From Akkermansia muciniphila (GTDB lineage Bacteria > Verrucomicrobiota > Verrucomicrobiia > Limisphaerales > UBA9464), in NCBI GenBank assembly GCA_945900455.1, contig CAMDJH010000003.1, positions 5,006-69,005 on the forward strand: 64,000 nucleotides of DNA, written 5' to 3'. The notes beneath the pieces are model-generated. The model ran no database searches. It was given only the letters and a program-made list of their open reading frames with translations, and was not told where the DNA came from. Numbering within the stretch: position 1 is the stretch's first letter; each line of letters starts with the position of its first letter. Below are positions 45,401-56,092 of this stretch, in pieces. A program made the position numbers and the translations under genes.

Positions 45401-48400
45401 CATAATTTACGTGGAAGTGGATGCCGTGGAGTTCGGAGTGGGGGGGCGTTGGGGTAAATGGGCCGACGGCGGCGGCAGCAGTCTGGAGTTGATCGACCCG
45501 CGCGCCGACAATCGCCTCGCGCCGAACTGGGCTGACAGCGATGAATCGGCCAAGGCACCCTGGACCTCCATCGAAACGACCGGCGTGCTCGACAACGGCG
45601 GCGACCAACCGACTGCGCTCCACGTCCTCCTGCTCGACGAAGGAGAGTGCTTGCTCGACAACGTCGAGGTCTTCCGGTCTCCCGCCGGCGGCAACCTGAT
45701 TTCCAATCCCACGTTCGAGGCTGGCACCAATGGCTGGTCGCTTCGCGGCAATCATCAGCGGTCGTCGGGAGAGACGACCGAAGGTTTCAACAGTTCGCGC
45801 TCGCTCCACATCCGGGCCTCCTCGCGGGGGGACATCGGGGCCAACAAGATTTCCATCAACCTCAATGGTCTGGTCGCTGGACAGACCGCCACCCTTCGCG
45901 CAAAAGCCCGTTGGTTGCGGGGTTGGCCCGAGTTGCTCCTGCGGTTGCGGGGGAGTTGGCTCGAAGCGACTGATCGCATGATCGTACCCCACAACCTCGG
46001 CACGCCCGGCGCGCCCAACAGCCGACTCGTCGCCAACGCCGGCCCGGCCATCACCGACGCGCGCCACGCTCCCGCTGTGCCAGCGGCCAATCAGCCGGTG
46101 GTTGTGACCGCGCGCGTCAGCGATCCGGAGAATGTCACTTCGGTGGTCGTGAATTACCGCCTTGATCCCGCCACCGGCCTGACCGCATTACCGATGAATG
46201 ACGCGGGGACCGGCGGCGATGCGTTCGCCGGGGACGGGATTTTTAGTGGAACGATTCCGGGCCAAGCCGCTGATCGAATCATCGCGTTCTTCATCGAGGC
46301 GACCGACGGGGCATCGGCCACGGCGCGTTTTCCGGCGTCACGAAACGACAACGGCCCGGCGCGCGAGTGCCTGATTCACTTTGGAAGCCCGCAACCCGCG
46401 GGTACGTTTGGCACCTATCGGTTCTGGATCACTCAACAATCGATCACGAATTGGATCAATCGCGAAGTCCTCAGCAATGAGCCAATTCCTGGCACGTTCG
46501 TGTACGGCAATGAGCGCATCATTTACGACGCCGGCGCGCACTACTCCGGCAGCCCAGCGCATCAGGATCAGGCCGCGCCCGACTTCTCCCCCGTCGGCAC
46601 GCCCAACAATTACACGCTCGATATGGCGAAGGACGATCGCGTGCTCGGCACCGACAACTTCAACAAAATCCACGGGCCGGGGAACAATCATCATGATGAC
46701 AATACGCTCCAGCGCGAAACCATCGCCTACTGGATGGCGCGACGGCTCGGGCTGACCGAGTGCCACAAGCGTTATGTGGCGATGTACATCAACGGCGAGC
46801 GCCGGGGCCGCCTGATGGAGGACACGCAGGTGCCGAACAACGATTACATTGAATCCGCCTTTCCGGACGACGCCAACGGTGATCTCTACAAGCTTTCAAT
46901 CTGGTACGAATTCGGCACACCCGGTGCCGCACCGCAGGTCCTGTCCGCCAACGGGCTCTCCGAGTGCAATCTCAACAATTACATCACGGTCGCTGGCGTG
47001 AAAAAAAGGGCTCGCTATCGCTGGAACTGGCAGGGCCGCACGGTTCACGGCACCGCGAACGACTACACCAACGTCTTCGCCCTCATTGATGCCGCGAACA
47101 CTCCCGTCAATGGGCCGTTCACCCAGAACCTCGAGGCGGTTGTCGACATCGAGCAATGGATGCGCACATTTGCGTTGGAGCACGCATTGGGGAACTGGGA
47201 CAGCTTCGGCTACCGTAATGAGCAAAACATGTTCGCCTACAAGCCGGAACGAGATCGCTGGAAGCTGCTCATCTGGGACATCAACATCACCTTCGGCGGC
47301 GGCACCCGCGGGACGCCCGTCGCCGTCACCGACGACTTGTTCGAGTTCGACGCATCCAATGGTCCGATGGCGAACATTTACAATTCACCGCAATTTCGCC
47401 GCGCCTATTACCGGGCGCTGCGCGACATCATCGATGGCCCACTCCTCAACGCCAACGCGGATCCGGTGCTGGACGCGCGGTTCGCCACCTTCGCAACGAG
47501 CGGCGTCCACGTTTCGCCGCCGGACGCGATCAAAACCTGGATCGGCCTGCGCCGCGCCTATATTCAATCGCAGTTGGACGCTGCGGACACGGCCGCGTTT
47601 GCCGTCACCACGCCGGACGGCTTGGTCACCAACAACAACGTGGTGCAAATCAACGGCACGGCCCCATTTGCGATCAAGACCATCAAAATCAACGACATCA
47701 CGCGCCTCGTCACGTGGACGAGCCTGTCGAACTGGACGGTGCGGCTGCCGGTCGACCCGATGCAAAGTGAGAATTCCATCGTGGGCTACGACTCACGTGG
47801 ACAGCCCGTGCCGGGCGCCAGTGAACAGCGCGTGCTCCATTACACCGGATCCGTCTCGCAACCCGAGGACACGCTTGTTCTCAATGAAATCCTGTACAAC
47901 TCGCCCTCGCCCGAATCCTCCTTCATCGAAATCTACAACACCTCAACCCACTTTGCCTTCGACCTGTCCAACTGGCGCTTGAATGGCGCGGGTTTTTCGT
48001 TCCCCGAGGGTTCTCTCATTACCAACGGGCAGTTCCTGCTCGTCGTGGGGAACCGCGCTGTGTTCTCGCAAGTTTATGGGAGCAGTAACGTGATTGCGGG
48101 CGAACACCAAGGCCGGCTCGATGCGGGCGGTGAAACGTTGACCCTGGAACGGCCCGTCCTGGTCACCCTGACAAATGGCACGATCGTCACAACCAACCGA
48201 GTCTATCGGACCGTGGACAAAGTACGCTACGAGCCCGATTTACCCTGGCCCACACTGGCGAACGGCACCGGCCCGTCGCTGCAACTCACCGACCCGACCC
48301 AGGACAACAGTCGCGTGAGCAACTGGCGCGCCGGGAGCACCGACGCCGCGGCGATCAACGCGACACCTGGCGCACGGAATCTCTTCATCGAGTCCCTACC

Positions 48401-49547
48401 GCCCTACGATCTGCTCTGGTTGAATGAGCTCCAGTCCGACAACGCCAGCGGCATCATTGACAACTTTGGTGAACGCGAGCCGTGGATTGAACTCTACAAC
48501 GCCGGTACCAACACACTACCGCTCGAGGGCTATTTTCTCGCCGACAATTACACCACGAACCTGACCCAGTGGCCGTTTCCCCCGGGAAGCCGCATCGCGC
48601 CCGGTGAATTCAAAATTGTGTGGGCCGACGGCGAACCCGGTCAAACGGGCGGGACGAATCTGCACACGAACTTCCGTTTGAATCGCACGACCGGCGCAGT
48701 CGCCCTGGTGCGGATCGTCAAGAGTCAACCCCAGATCACCGACTACCTGACGTACCCGAACCTTGGCGCAAATCTGTCTTATGGCGCGGTCCCGGACGGT
48801 CAGCCGTTCCACCGGCAAGTATTGAATTTCGTCACGCCACGCACGAAAAATGTCACACCGACGGTTGCCCTTTTTATTAACGAATGGCTGGCGGGCAATA
48901 CGAATACGCTAAGGGATCCCGCGGACTCGGATCCCGAGGATTGGTTCGAACTCTACAACGCTGGATCCTCCCCCGTGGACCTGACGGGTTATTACCTGAC
49001 CGATACCCTGGCGAACCCGACGAAGTTTAGAATTCCGAACGGCTATGTCATGCCGCCCGGCGGCTTTCTGCTCATTTGGGCTGACGAGGAACCAGAACAA
49101 AACCATAGCAACCGAATCGATCTGCACGTCAATTTCCGACTCGCGAGCGGAGGTGAAGTGATTGGTCTATTCTCCCCCACCGGCGGCGCGGTTGATCAAA
49201 TCGCGTTCGGACCGCAGACCAACGACGTCAGTCAGGGTCGCTATTCCGACGGGGCGGCACCGATCTATTTCATGACGACCCCAACGCCGAGGGGACCCAA
49301 CACTCTTGCCGGCGGCAATACCGCCCCGCAGTTAACCGGCATCAGCGTGACCGCGGATGGAATGGTCGCACTCACGATGCAAACGATCGTCGGCAAAACC
49401 TACCGGTTGGAATACAAGCACAGCCTGAACAATCCAGGCTGGATCCCCATCGCACCGGACCGGTTGGCTCTTTCCGACAGTCTGACCCTCCATGACGACA
49501 TCGGTGCAAGCACTCAGCGCTTTTATCGCCTTGTCATCCTGGAGTAA
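42429..49547 (+). CDS. 2,372-aa secreted PA14 / Ig-like / ConA-like / 6x lamin-tail-domain (LTD) / CotH-domain protein
   Basis: ATG followed by signal peptide '...[19 protein letters not shown]'. PA14-like '[28 protein letters not shown]...[10 protein letters not shown]' at about 42640-43010. LTD openings are '[10 protein letters not shown]', 'IMINEFLAH', '[10 protein letters not shown]', 'LVLNEILYN', 'LWLNELQSD' and 'LFINEWLAG', each followed by 'F(I/V/W)ELYN'. CotH core '[20 protein letters not shown]...[17 protein letters not shown]' at about 46350-47560. Confidence 0.85.
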   Translation: MLPKKPSFRLPLTFWGLAVAMVLLAGRPPRAGAQAPGVFRELFTGFNRANSPLWQLTNDIRFLANTPTSTNILATFSAPQAAGEDYGQRVRGFLTAPTTGNYTFWISSDEVGQLFLGTTENPRSKHLIAVCDPRAQPGNYTTHAGQQSSNIVLQAGHRYYIEALHGEANLIDHLSVQWRLPNTVVESPIPSTRLQYEIAPLLTSTPTNRVVEEGRPAVFQAETANFLPQNFRWQRGSSDIPGATNPSYTLFAATLADDGARFRAFVSNRLGATNTPEVTLTVLPDTNAPLVVSVVALSQTNLLVTFSESVAMASALDTANYALAGAAIQGAAFGTDARTVSLRTSPLVFQNNYTLLISGVQDSASQPNTMASARVGFTAREFNPQAIGPPAQPGSIAIVTGGVNVAGSGVDGGERSDQFQFGYQAQSGDFDLKVRVQGLDFTDLWAKAGLMARESLDSNSRFAATFATPTLAGTFFQHRAATGGLTTSAGSVSGSFPDTWLRLQRVRELFSGYASMDGQNWTHLGSVAIAMSNQLYFGYAVSSQRTNQTATAQFRDFSTVTGGTIDTGARTRETLGPSSRKTGLVISEIMYHPRDMLLGVHPAELEFVELFNSTPSYEDISGYRLAGDIDYTFPPGTVLGGGQFLVVARSPEDLQTVSGIVGALGPFTNNLPNDAGRVRLRNESGAVLLEVNYSAKFPWPIAADGAGHSLVLARPSFGEGQRAAWAASDALGGSPGGLEPFGVEPLRPIMINEFLAHTDASALDFIELYNHSDQPVDLGGAWLSDSTVTNKFRIPSPTTLTARGFVSFDQNQLGFSLNSAGERILLVNSNQTRVVDAVAFEPQAQGVSSGRFPDGALEIRILSTPSPDSANPGTLAHDIVINEIMYHPISGDRDDEFVELYNQGETSVNLEGWRFTDGIDFTFPPNTWIAAGGYRVVARNQLRLLANYSTLNSSNTVGNFRGSLRDAGERLALAKPHPSIHADDPMNVTTNIIYVEVDAVEFGVGGRWGKWADGGGSSLELIDPRADNRLAPNWADSDESAKAPWTSIETTGVLDNGGDQPTALHVLLLDEGECLLDNVEVFRSPAGGNLISNPTFEAGTNGWSLRGNHQRSSGETTEGFNSSRSLHIRASSRGDIGANKISINLNGLVAGQTATLRAKARWLRGWPELLLRLRGSWLEATDRMIVPHNLGTPGAPNSRLVANAGPAITDARHAPAVPAANQPVVVTARVSDPENVTSVVVNYRLDPATGLTALPMNDAGTGGDAFAGDGIFSGTIPGQAADRIIAFFIEATDGASATARFPASRNDNGPARECLIHFGSPQPAGTFGTYRFWITQQSITNWINREVLSNEPIPGTFVYGNERIIYDAGAHYSGSPAHQDQAAPDFSPVGTPNNYTLDMAKDDRVLGTDNFNKIHGPGNNHHDDNTLQRETIAYWMARRLGLTECHKRYVAMYINGERRGRLMEDTQVPNNDYIESAFPDDANGDLYKLSIWYEFGTPGAAPQVLSANGLSECNLNNYITVAGVKKRARYRWNWQGRTVHGTANDYTNVFALIDAANTPVNGPFTQNLEAVVDIEQWMRTFALEHALGNWDSFGYRNEQNMFAYKPERDRWKLLIWDINITFGGGTRGTPVAVTDDLFEFDASNGPMANIYNSPQFRRAYYRALRDIIDGPLLNANADPVLDARFATFATSGVHVSPPDAIKTWIGLRRAYIQSQLDAADTAAFAVTTPDGLVTNNNVVQINGTAPFAIKTIKINDITRLVTWTSLSNWTVRLPVDPMQSENSIVGYDSRGQPVPGASEQRVLHYTGSVSQPEDTLVLNEILYNSPSPESSFIEIYNTSTHFAFDLSNWRLNGAGFSFPEGSLITNGQFLLVVGNRAVFSQVYGSSNVIAGEHQGRLDAGGETLTLERPVLVTLTNGTIVTTNRVYRTVDKVRYEPDLPWPTLANGTGPSLQLTDPTQDNSRVSNWRAGSTDAAAINATPGARNLFIESLPPYDLLWLNELQSDNASGIIDNFGEREPWIELYNAGTNTLPLEGYFLADNYTTNLTQWPFPPGSRIAPGEFKIVWADGEPGQTGGTNLHTNFRLNRTTGAVALVRIVKSQPQITDYLTYPNLGANLSYGAVPDGQPFHRQVLNFVTPRTKNVTPTVALFINEWLAGNTNTLRDPADSDPEDWFELYNAGSSPVDLTGYYLTDTLANPTKFRIPNGYVMPPGGFLLIWADEEPEQNHSNRIDLHVNFRLASGGEVIGLFSPTGGAVDQIAFGPQTNDVSQGRYSDGAAPIYFMTTPTPRGPNTLAGGNTAPQLTGISVTADGMVALTMQTIVGKTYRLEYKHSLNNPGWIPIAPDRLALSDSLTLHDDIGASTQRFYRLVILE

Positions 49548-49591
49548 AACATGACACCAACAATGAGTGCTTTCCGTCACCAATCGCCACC

Positions 49592-50305
49592 ATGAATCCG
49601 CACGCACGCACCACCTCCACCTCCGCCTTCACCCTGATTGAATTGTTGGTTGTCATTGCCATCATCGCCATTTTGGCCGGCATGATCTTGCCGGCGCTCA
49701 CTCGAGCTAAAGCCAAGGCAAAACAAACCCAATGTGCGAACAACCAAAGGCAGCAAAGCCTCGCGTACATAATGTATACCGCTGACTACAGCGATTATTA
49801 TCCGATGCAACGTGATTGGCCGGCAGTGGGTGGTAAAAATGGTACGTACACCATTTTTGTGGCGGCGACCAACCGGCCGCTAAATGCGTATGCCCCAGCC
49901 CTGAGCACGTTTAACTGCCCCAGTGATCGCGGAGATGCCATTTTCGCGATATCGAACTGCTTTGGTGTTTACGGAAATAGTTATCTGACCGAATGGGGGC
50001 TGGACGCTTGGCGGGTCAAACACGTCACCGGAGATCCAACCGCGCCCGCCGGCAGTTCCCTGGCAACCCCCATCCGGGGCAGCGAGGTCGCCAAAGGTCC
50101 AACCACAAAAATCATTCAAGGGGACTGGGTCTGGCATCCCAATCGCGGCGTAACCGATAACCGCAGTGTATGGCATAACTACCGCGGAAAGAATCTCACA
50201 ATGATGTTATTCGGTGATGGCCATGTTCAGGCGTACCGTTTTCCGGATGAATTCAAGAACTGGAATTCCACACCCCTTCCGGACGTGAATTTCCTGTGGT
50301 GGTAA
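49592..50305 (+). CDS. Pseudopilin-like protein (prepilin-type N-terminal domain plus degenerate H-X9-DG C-terminus)
   Basis: '[12 protein letters not shown]|[24 protein letters not shown]', with C-terminal '[12 protein letters not shown]'. It starts 44 nt downstream of the CotH-protein stop on the same strand. Confidence 0.85.
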   Translation: MNPHARTTSTSAFTLIELLVVIAIIAILAGMILPALTRAKAKAKQTQCANNQRQQSLAYIMYTADYSDYYPMQRDWPAVGGKNGTYTIFVAATNRPLNAYAPALSTFNCPSDRGDAIFAISNCFGVYGNSYLTEWGLDAWRVKHVTGDPTAPAGSSLATPIRGSEVAKGPTTKIIQGDWVWHPNRGVTDNRSVWHNYRGKNLTMMLFGDGHVQAYRFPDEFKNWNSTPLPDVNFLWW

Positions 50306-50324
50306 GGGGCAATGCGGACACCCG

Positions 50325-51092
50325 TTAGTTGCGGGGCACACCGATGGTGACTTTCAGCCGTTCAAAATCCCGGTCCAATGGCTTCCGGGCAGGTGCATCA
50401 TAGGCGTGTTTTCCCGTGTCCGGTTCCACCCATTTATAGATCTCAGCATGGCCGTCGGCGAAGCTCAGATTTGCACCCTTGCTGTGCCGGTCGGACGGGT
50501 CATTCTGCCAAACCTTGTTATCGACCTGGATTGCGAAATAGGTGTCTTCGAGGGTCTTGCTGCTTTCGTCGATAAACACCAGAGCCTGCGACGGCGATGG
50601 AAACGCGATGTCACCATGCTTCCGATAAACGGGGTACTTTGGGTTGACCCAATCCACATCACTATTCATTTGACCGCTCATCGAGAAGCTTCGGACCCGC
50701 TTCAGCGGCCTGCCACCAAGCTTAAAATCATCCGCAGGACACACATAGATGCCCGGAGCTCCATTATAAGGAAAGAGAAGGCCCCTCTTGATAGCGTTAA
50801 CGTTCGTCGCTCCCGGGAGCGAATTAACGTCATTCGCGCCGGGAATCCACGAATTCGACGTGCCCCCAATGTAGTTGGGCACGAGGCTGTCGCGGTTATC
50901 CCCGGTATACGTGAACCAAGCCAAACCTAATTGCTTGCCATTCGAGAGGCACGCGATGCTCAAGGCCTTGGACTTTGCCTTCGCGAGGGCCGGCAGGAGC
51001 ATCCCCGCCAGAATGGCGATGATGGCGATCACAACGAGGAGCTCAATCAGGGTGAAACCCTTCCCAGGTCGGACAATTGCAGATGTTTTCAT
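50325..51092 (-). CDS. Pseudopilin-like H-X9-DG protein (paralog A)
   Basis: The ATG at 51092 gives '[12 protein letters not shown]|[24 protein letters not shown]'. The C-terminal '[19 protein letters not shown]' is an exact H-X9-DG motif. The upstream part of ORF 50325-51155 is not needed. Confidence 0.9.
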   Translation of the reverse strand: MKTSAIVRPGKGFTLIELLVVIAIIAILAGMLLPALAKAKSKALSIACLSNGKQLGLAWFTYTGDNRDSLVPNYIGGTSNSWIPGANDVNSLPGATNVNAIKRGLLFPYNGAPGIYVCPADDFKLGGRPLKRVRSFSMSGQMNSDVDWVNPKYPVYRKHGDIAFPSPSQALVFIDESSKTLEDTYFAIQVDNKVWQNDPSDRHSKGANLSFADGHAEIYKWVEPDTGKHAYDAPARKPLDRDFERLKVTIGVPRN

Positions 51093-51306
51093 TTTTCTCT
51101 CGGCTCGTGTGGTCAAGTGGCCATCCTTATCGTCGATCCCGTACGGTTTTGGCAACAGCGAAGATGGGCTCCCTGATCCGTGCGGTGCATCCCGATGCTG
51201 TCGGAATGACCACAGAAGGAAACAATGGAAACGAAGGCAGGCAAAGACTGGAAGAATCTTCGTTCTCTTGGTTTGCTTCTGTTCAAAGAGATTTCAGAAA
51301 AAGTAC

Positions 51307-51343
51307 AAAAAGTGACAGGTTCAATTGAGTGGTTCAATTGAGT
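51307..51343. repeat. Half-copy of a palindromic intergenic repeat, with a 13-bp tandem duplication
   Basis: aaaaagtgacaggttcaattgagtg (51307-51331) is identical to 59018-59042. ggttcaattgagt is duplicated in tandem at 51318-51330 and 51331-51343. Confidence 0.6.
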
Positions 51344-51380
51344 AAAACAATTTGTCGCCACCGACTATTGGGGAAAGAGA

Positions 51381-51476
51381 ATCGCGGATAAACGCCGATC
51401 GACACAGATTCCAGGCCCCTTCTCTTCCGCGTCCATCCGGGTTCATCCGCGGTTCATTCGCGGTTCTTCTTCTCGG
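51381..51476. repeat. Short intergenic repeat of the 'ICV..R.SA' type common in PVC genomes
   Basis: The reverse strand reads 'aatctgtgtcgatcggcgtttatccgcgat' (NLCRSAFIRD when translated). On the plus strand there is an imperfect 11-bp tandem gttcatccgcg / gttcattcgcg. I recognise this as a recurrent non-coding repeat family from memory only. Confidence 0.4.
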
Positions 51477-51878
51477 CTTCCCTCTCTTCCCCGGCAGATG
51501 AAGGATTCCTGACCCAACCGGGGCGAAGGCTGTCTTGGTCTTTTTCAGGCCGAATCCAATAACACTCTCACGGAATTCGCTCGAACGCGGCGCCAAGTCG
51601 CCATCCGTCACCGTCGTAGGCCGGAGTAACCCCGACTGGAGAATTCCGCCGGTCTTAAAAAACCGCCCCCACCTGCTCTATCCCTTCCTATCCATCCGCC
51701 GATTTGGGTGGGCTCCGGAAGTGATCCCCTTTTCGCGAATCACGCCCCGGCGGACGGAAGTCTGCTCTCCGGCCGAGGGAGCGGGGGATTCCTCGCGTAA
51801 GAACGTCCTTCGCCGACGAGTGGGCGAAAGCCGTATCCGGGCGCTCGACTATCGTGGCTCCCAGGCCGTTAGCGAAGT

Positions 51879-52673
51879 TTACCACGCACCACGATAGATC
51901 CCACTTTGCGAATAGATCCAGTAGGTTTGGCTCATGAGTTCAATTCGCTTCCAAGCAACCGACCCGTCGATCAAGGCGACGTTGCCGCCAGTGGCTCCGA
52001 TACCCTTGGAGGTTTGCCCCTCCGAGGGCATGATCCAAGCGGAGCCTTTGCGCTTAACCGCTCCGCTTTTTGTGTGGGGAGCCATGACGTTCGGGGGATA
52101 ACCGCCGCCCATATTTCCCCAGAGGTTCGCGTCGGCAAACAAAGCCAATTGGTCAACCGGAACGATCTTAGGGTTGTTCCGCTCGGGCAAATCCGTGGTC
52201 TTGATCGGCGATTTCCAGCCGGACTCGGGCGGCATGACGCGCCCACCCAGGTAATGATAGCTGATGTAGTAACCGATGCCGGTCTGGAATCGAGTGGTCG
52301 CTGTATCGGTAATGCCCGGAATGCTAAACGGGTATACATTCGGGCAATCGAACACCTTGTCGCCATATTGGTTGCTGATGCTGCGGTACATGGATGATGC
52401 AATACTCAATGTATATGAATCCCCGCTATCGCGAATACCGTTAAAAAGCTTATCTCCATTATCGAGCGCGTACACGTTACACGCCAACGTCATCTGGCGC
52501 AGATTGCTCAAACAATTGGCGCGCCGGGCTCTTTCCCGGGCACCCGCCAGTGCTGGCAGCAGCATCCCCGCCAGAATGGCGATGATGGCAATCACGACCA
52601 GGAGTTCGATCAGCGTAAAACCGCCGATGGAAACGCGTGTTCGACCGTACGGATAAAACCGAAGGCGTTTCAT
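51879..52673 (-). CDS. Pseudopilin-like protein (prepilin-type N-terminus; divergent C-terminus '[11 protein letters not shown]')
   Basis: '[18 protein letters not shown]|[42 protein letters not shown]'. Confidence 0.85.
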   Translation of the reverse strand: MKRLRFYPYGRTRVSIGGFTLIELLVVIAIIAILAGMLLPALAGARERARRANCLSNLRQMTLACNVYALDNGDKLFNGIRDSGDSYTLSIASSMYRSISNQYGDKVFDCPNVYPFSIPGITDTATTRFQTGIGYYISYHYLGGRVMPPESGWKSPIKTTDLPERNNPKIVPVDQLALFADANLWGNMGGGYPPNVMAPHTKSGAVKRKGSAWIMPSEGQTSKGIGATGGNVALIDGSVAWKRIELMSQTYWIYSQSGIYRGAW

Positions 52674-52740
52674 AATGTTTTAACTTTCATTCCTAACGTG
52701 AAGCGGGCCGTCAACACGCGGCCAGCGGTTCGCACACCCA

Positions 52741-53508
52741 CTAGTTGCGAGGAATCGCGATGGTGACCTTCAACCGCTCAAAATCCCGGTCCAAAGGCGT
52801 CTTGGCAGGCGCGTTCCATGTGTGTTTTCCCGTTTCGGGCTCAACCCACTTATAAATCTCGGAATGACCGTCGGCGAAACTCAGATTCGCACCCTTGCTG
52901 TGCCGGTCGGATGGATCATTCTGCCATATCTTGGCATCGACCTGAATCGCAAAATAGGTGTCTTCGAGGGTTAGGGTACTTTCGTCGATAAAGACGAGCG
53001 CCTGCGACGGTGATGGAAACGCGATATTCCCGTGCTTCGTATAGATCGGATACTTTGCGTTGACTCCCGGCACATCACTGTTCATCTGACCGTTCATCGA
53101 AAAGCTACGCACTCGCTTCATCGGTCTGCCTTTGTACTTGAAATCATCCGCTGGACACACATAGATACCGGGGGCTTCGTTATACGGATACAGTATCCCC
53201 TTCTTGATCGCGTTAACGTTCGTAGCGCCCGGGAGCGAGTTGACGTCGTTGGCACCCGGAATCCACGAATTTTGCCCACCGCCGATGTAGTTGGGCACGA
53301 GGTTGTCGCGGTTATCTACGGTATACGTGAACCAAGCCAAACCCAATTGCTTGCCATTCGAGAGGCACGCGATACTCAAGGCCTTGGACTTTGCCTTCGC
53401 GAGGGCCGGCAGGAGCATCCCGGCCAAAATGGCGATGATGGCGATGACTACAAGGAGCTCAATCAGCGTGAAGCCCTTTCCCGGGCGAACGATGGCAGAC
53501 GTTTTCAT
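52741..53508 (-). CDS. Pseudopilin-like H-X9-DG protein (paralog B of 50325-51092)
   Basis: The ATG at 53508 gives '[12 protein letters not shown]|FTLIELLVV...', and the C-terminus is '[19 protein letters not shown]'. The first 63 residues are identical to paralog A. Overall identity is roughly 85% by eye. Confidence 0.9.
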   Translation of the reverse strand: MKTSAIVRPGKGFTLIELLVVIAIIAILAGMLLPALAKAKSKALSIACLSNGKQLGLAWFTYTVDNRDNLVPNYIGGGQNSWIPGANDVNSLPGATNVNAIKKGILYPYNEAPGIYVCPADDFKYKGRPMKRVRSFSMNGQMNSDVPGVNAKYPIYTKHGNIAFPSPSQALVFIDESTLTLEDTYFAIQVDAKIWQNDPSDRHSKGANLSFADGHSEIYKWVEPETGKHTWNAPAKTPLDRDFERLKVTIAIPRN

Positions 53509-53620
53509 GAATTTTCTCAGCACGTGTGGTAAATCTGCCTCCCTTATCGTCGATCCAAAGAGGTTTACGCAACAGAATACGGTGCACACCCGGTCCACCC
53601 TGCTTTCGCCGAGGCGGCGG

Positions 53621-54496
53621 CTATTCCTGAACGAGGGCATAATCCCGGTTTCGGGGCCCATACCCCTTGAAGCGCGTCACGCGAGCGGCGTGCCCGTCGA
53701 AAAATCCAACCGCGGCCGTTGGCTCGCTGCGGTAAGGTTCATGGAAATTCGCGTTGCCATCGAATCCGTAGCCGTAGCCTTCGATGCGAGTGACCCCCGG
53801 CTTCAGCGGTTCACAATTGACGTCCCAGAAAGGGAACTCCCAGAAGATCACAAACTTAGCAGCTTCTCGAATTCCGACCGCCTTGTTGGCAATGTTGGAA
53901 TTGGGGTTCACGGTAGCCCGATCCCATTTGGCCGGCACGCCCGCGGTGTTGAAACAGTAACTCGCCCCCGCTATCGGGTCGCCCCAGATCGTGGGCTTCA
54001 GTTGCAGGAAGGACCCAAACCCTGGAATCGTACCCGCCGCACGCCCCTTATCGGAAGGGCATTTCCACACTTCATACGTCCGGAGGTACCCATTGAGGGG
54101 GCGCCAGTCGATTTTACCGGCATACCTTACGGGATCATTCACCTGTGCGGGAATTCCACCCTGACCAAAATCCCGATCAGCCGGGGACTGGGCCGAGGCG
54201 TCCCCCTGCCAGTACTCATAAAAAATATCGTTGTTATCGGGTAGGTAGAGTTGCGCGGCGACAACGACCTGGTGCTGGTTGGACAGGCAGACCGCCCCCG
54301 TCGCTTTCTTGCGAGCTCGGCTCAGAGCGGGCAGCAGAAGGGAGCTCAGGATCGCGATGATCGCAATGACGACCAGCAGTTCAATCAATGTGAACCCGCC
54401 GAAGGGACTTCGCGAAGTGCGAACGGATGAACAGGTGTCGGCAGCCCGCCCGCCAGATTCTCCCTGCCCCGTCGGATCCCGAAAAGTGCAGATCAT
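53621..54496 (-). CDS. Pseudopilin-like protein (prepilin-type N-terminus, 'FFDGHAARV' C-terminus)
   Basis: The ATG at 54496 gives '[34 protein letters not shown]|[31 protein letters not shown]'. The leader is unusually long at 34 aa. The upstream part of ORF 53621-54748 is not needed. Confidence 0.8.
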   Translation of the reverse strand: MICTFRDPTGQGESGGRAADTCSSVRTSRSPFGGFTLIELLVVIAIIAILSSLLLPALSRARKKATGAVCLSNQHQVVVAAQLYLPDNNDIFYEYWQGDASAQSPADRDFGQGGIPAQVNDPVRYAGKIDWRPLNGYLRTYEVWKCPSDKGRAAGTIPGFGSFLQLKPTIWGDPIAGASYCFNTAGVPAKWDRATVNPNSNIANKAVGIREAAKFVIFWEFPFWDVNCEPLKPGVTRIEGYGYGFDGNANFHEPYRSEPTAAVGFFDGHAARVTRFKGYGPRNRDYALVQE

Positions 54497-54702
54497 TTTG
54501 TATCGGTAGCATTGCAAAGATTTCTGCCAAGGAATTTGTTGAGTAACGGCACCTGGCAAAGCCGGCGGCGGAGATGCCCTATCACACCTAACCGAGTGAA
54601 ACCCCGCTTTGATGCGTTGCGTTCCCCGATGTCTTCCCTTTAGTTTTCCCCCTGGCAACTCCTGACAACTCTTTTTCCCACCGCGTGAGCGATGCTCAAA
54701 TA

Positions 54703-55986
54703 ATGAAACCGTTTCCAAAGATGATCGCCGTGCGTCAGGCGTTTCCAAAGTCGTCGCCGATCGACATTCGTGCCATGCTCCAAGGCGAATTCGCCCCGAT
54801 TCTTCCTCGACTGAAACCAGGAGCCCGCATCGCTGTCGCCGTCGGCAGCCGAGGAATCACGAACCTCCAGGGGATTGTTGGCACGGTGCTCGATCTCTTA
54901 AAGGCCGCGGGCGCCAAACCCTTTATCGTTCCGGCCATGGGCAGCCACGGCGGCGCGACCGCCGAAGGGCAAAAAGAGCTATTGACGGAATATGGCATCG
55001 GTGAGGCGGAACTTCATGTCCCGATCTGCGCCGCCATGGATGTTGAACGTTTGGGTGTGACGGAGGAAGGTTCGGAAGTCTTCTGGAGCGCCGAAGCGTT
55101 GCGAGCGGACGGCGTGGTCCTTGTCAACCGCGTTAAACCGCACACGGATTTCAGCGGAGCACTGGGCAGTGGGATTCTGAAAATGATGGTCGTCGGTCTG
55201 GGCAAACGCGCGGGTGCCGCCAACTACCATGCGGCAGCGGTTCAGTTAGGCTACGAACAGGCCCTGCGGACTTCCGCTCGGCTTATCCTACGGTCCGCTC
55301 CAATTCTTTGCGGAATCGCCATTGTCGAAAACCAATTCCACGAAACTGCGAAATTGGCCCTGCTGCCGCCCGCGGAAATGGAGCGCCGTGAGGAGGAACT
55401 TTTTCAAGACGCCCAGCGACTGATGCCCGCCCTGCCGTTCGACGATATTGATCTCCTGATTGTGGATCGTCTGGGGAAGAATATTAGCGGTGCCGGGATG
55501 GACCCAAACATCATCGGACGCGGAGTGCATGGCTATGAGTCGGTTTTGGGGAAAACCAGCCACCGGAAACCTCTCATTCGCCGGCTTTTTGTGCGTGACA
55601 TCACGCCAGAAAGCCACGGAAACGCGATCGGAATCGGCATGGCAGACGTGACCACGACACGCCTGGTCCGCGCCATGAATCCGCAGGTGACCTTCATCAA
55701 TGCACTGACGTCATTGACGGTGCAATCCGCCAAGATTCCGATGCATTTCGACACGGATCGGGAAGCGATTACCCATGTGCTGGCTTCTCTGGGCCTGCGC
55801 GATTCCAGCCGTGCCAAAGTCGTGCGCATCGCCGACACGCTGTCGTTGGAGCAGTTGGAACTTTCCGAAGCCTGCACCGAAGGGAATCAACCGAATTCAC
55901 GGCTGAAGCCGCTCGGTTCACCCCATGAGATGAGCTTTGGCCCTGACAGCAATTTGTTGCCCATCTCTACCTGTTTACAGGGGTAA
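54703..55986 (+). CDS. Conserved uncharacterised protein, possibly LarA-like (DUF2088-type) fold
   Basis: The ATG at 54703 gives [12 protein letters not shown]. '[53 protein letters not shown]' is a block I associate with proteins annotated as lactate-racemase-domain/DUF2088. This assignment is from memory and is not firm. Confidence 0.4.
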   Translation: MKPFPKMIAVRQAFPKSSPIDIRAMLQGEFAPILPRLKPGARIAVAVGSRGITNLQGIVGTVLDLLKAAGAKPFIVPAMGSHGGATAEGQKELLTEYGIGEAELHVPICAAMDVERLGVTEEGSEVFWSAEALRADGVVLVNRVKPHTDFSGALGSGILKMMVVGLGKRAGAANYHAAAVQLGYEQALRTSARLILRSAPILCGIAIVENQFHETAKLALLPPAEMERREEELFQDAQRLMPALPFDDIDLLIVDRLGKNISGAGMDPNIIGRGVHGYESVLGKTSHRKPLIRRLFVRDITPESHGNAIGIGMADVTTTRLVRAMNPQVTFINALTSLTVQSAKIPMHFDTDREAITHVLASLGLRDSSRAKVVRIADTLSLEQLELSEACTEGNQPNSRLKPLGSPHEMSFGPDSNLLPISTCLQG

Positions 55987-56092
55987 TGCGGGGCATTCTA
56001 GAATTCGTGCGGCCTTCTGCCTCACACCCCTCTCGCGAAGAAGCTCAATATTTTTATCGAGTTTTGCGCGTCGCCCGCCAAAGTCCGCCCTC

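Noticed and set aside
43800-46067. Minus-strand ORFs of 316 aa (43800-44750) and 417 aa (44814-46067) inside the CotH/LTD gene
   Set aside because: They are antisense to clear LTD and ConA-like coding sequence and have an Arg/Gly-rich composition without motifs.
54653-54670. Sigma-54-like 'TGGCA' upstream of the LarA-like gene
   Set aside because: 'tggcaactcctgacaa' lacks the TTGC(A/T) -12 element at the required spacing, so it is not a convincing -24/-12 promoter.
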